Made by a program: the position numbers and the translations under genes. A DNA stretch of 39,424 bases, taken from positions 1-39,424 of the forward strand of contig JBQLZK010000066.1 of the NCBI GenBank assembly GCA_052168235.1, read 5' to 3'. Numbering within the stretch: the stretch's first letter is position 1; every line of letters begins with the position of its first letter. Positions 39,173 through 39,424 of the stretch are shown in pieces. The notes beneath the pieces were generated by a model. It saw nothing but the letters and a program-made list of their open reading frames with translations. It did not search any database and was not told the origin of the DNA. The DNA is from Thainema sp. Lineage in GTDB: Bacteria > Cyanobacteriota > Cyanobacteriia > Phormidesmidales > Phormidesmidaceae.

Positions 39173-39424
39173 GAACAATCAAGCTAAGTCTGCCTGGAAA
39201 TAGAGTTCTCCCCTATTAGACCTATATCTGGTGCTAGAGACACCCTCCAAAGTGCAGATTAATAGCAAAATCGGATGGAGTTGATCTAAAAAGCAAATTC
39301 CATTCTCAATCAAGTTAAGTGCGATCGCGCTTCTTCTCTTGTGCTTGTTGTTTTTATAAGTACGAAAAAACTATAGCGATTCCTGAATGGGCAAGGTACG
39401 ATCAATGTAGAGGAAAAGCCACAC

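Overview
Cyanobacterial DNA (about 35 HIP1 sites, GCGATCGC, by hand count), most likely from a large plasmid or chromid. The window opens with a primase-polymerase (AEP)-type Rep-like gene. Upstream of it lies a 1.7-kb non-coding region with 14 same-orientation copies of a 26-bp motif, a candidate iteron origin. Next is a bicA-nhaS3-mrpC-D-D-E-F-G-(DUF4040)-B Na+/bicarbonate operon with a CcmR/NdhR-type box. A patchwork of small accessory genes follows: ABC-F, stress proteins, HD hydrolase, OFA MFS, a stand-alone MABP-repeat protein, pyrC and parDE, with several junctions on extended HIP1 repeats. After these come a large winged-helix-like/Xre-HTH protein, a polyol ABC uptake and catabolism cluster with a SorC-family regulator, a Septu-like ATPase+HNH pair, wrbA, a small membrane ORF missing from the ORF track, and a ferric-reductase-like oxidoreductase. 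No rRNA, tRNA, CRISPR array or intact transposase was seen. All assignments come from motif recognition by eye; no searches were run.
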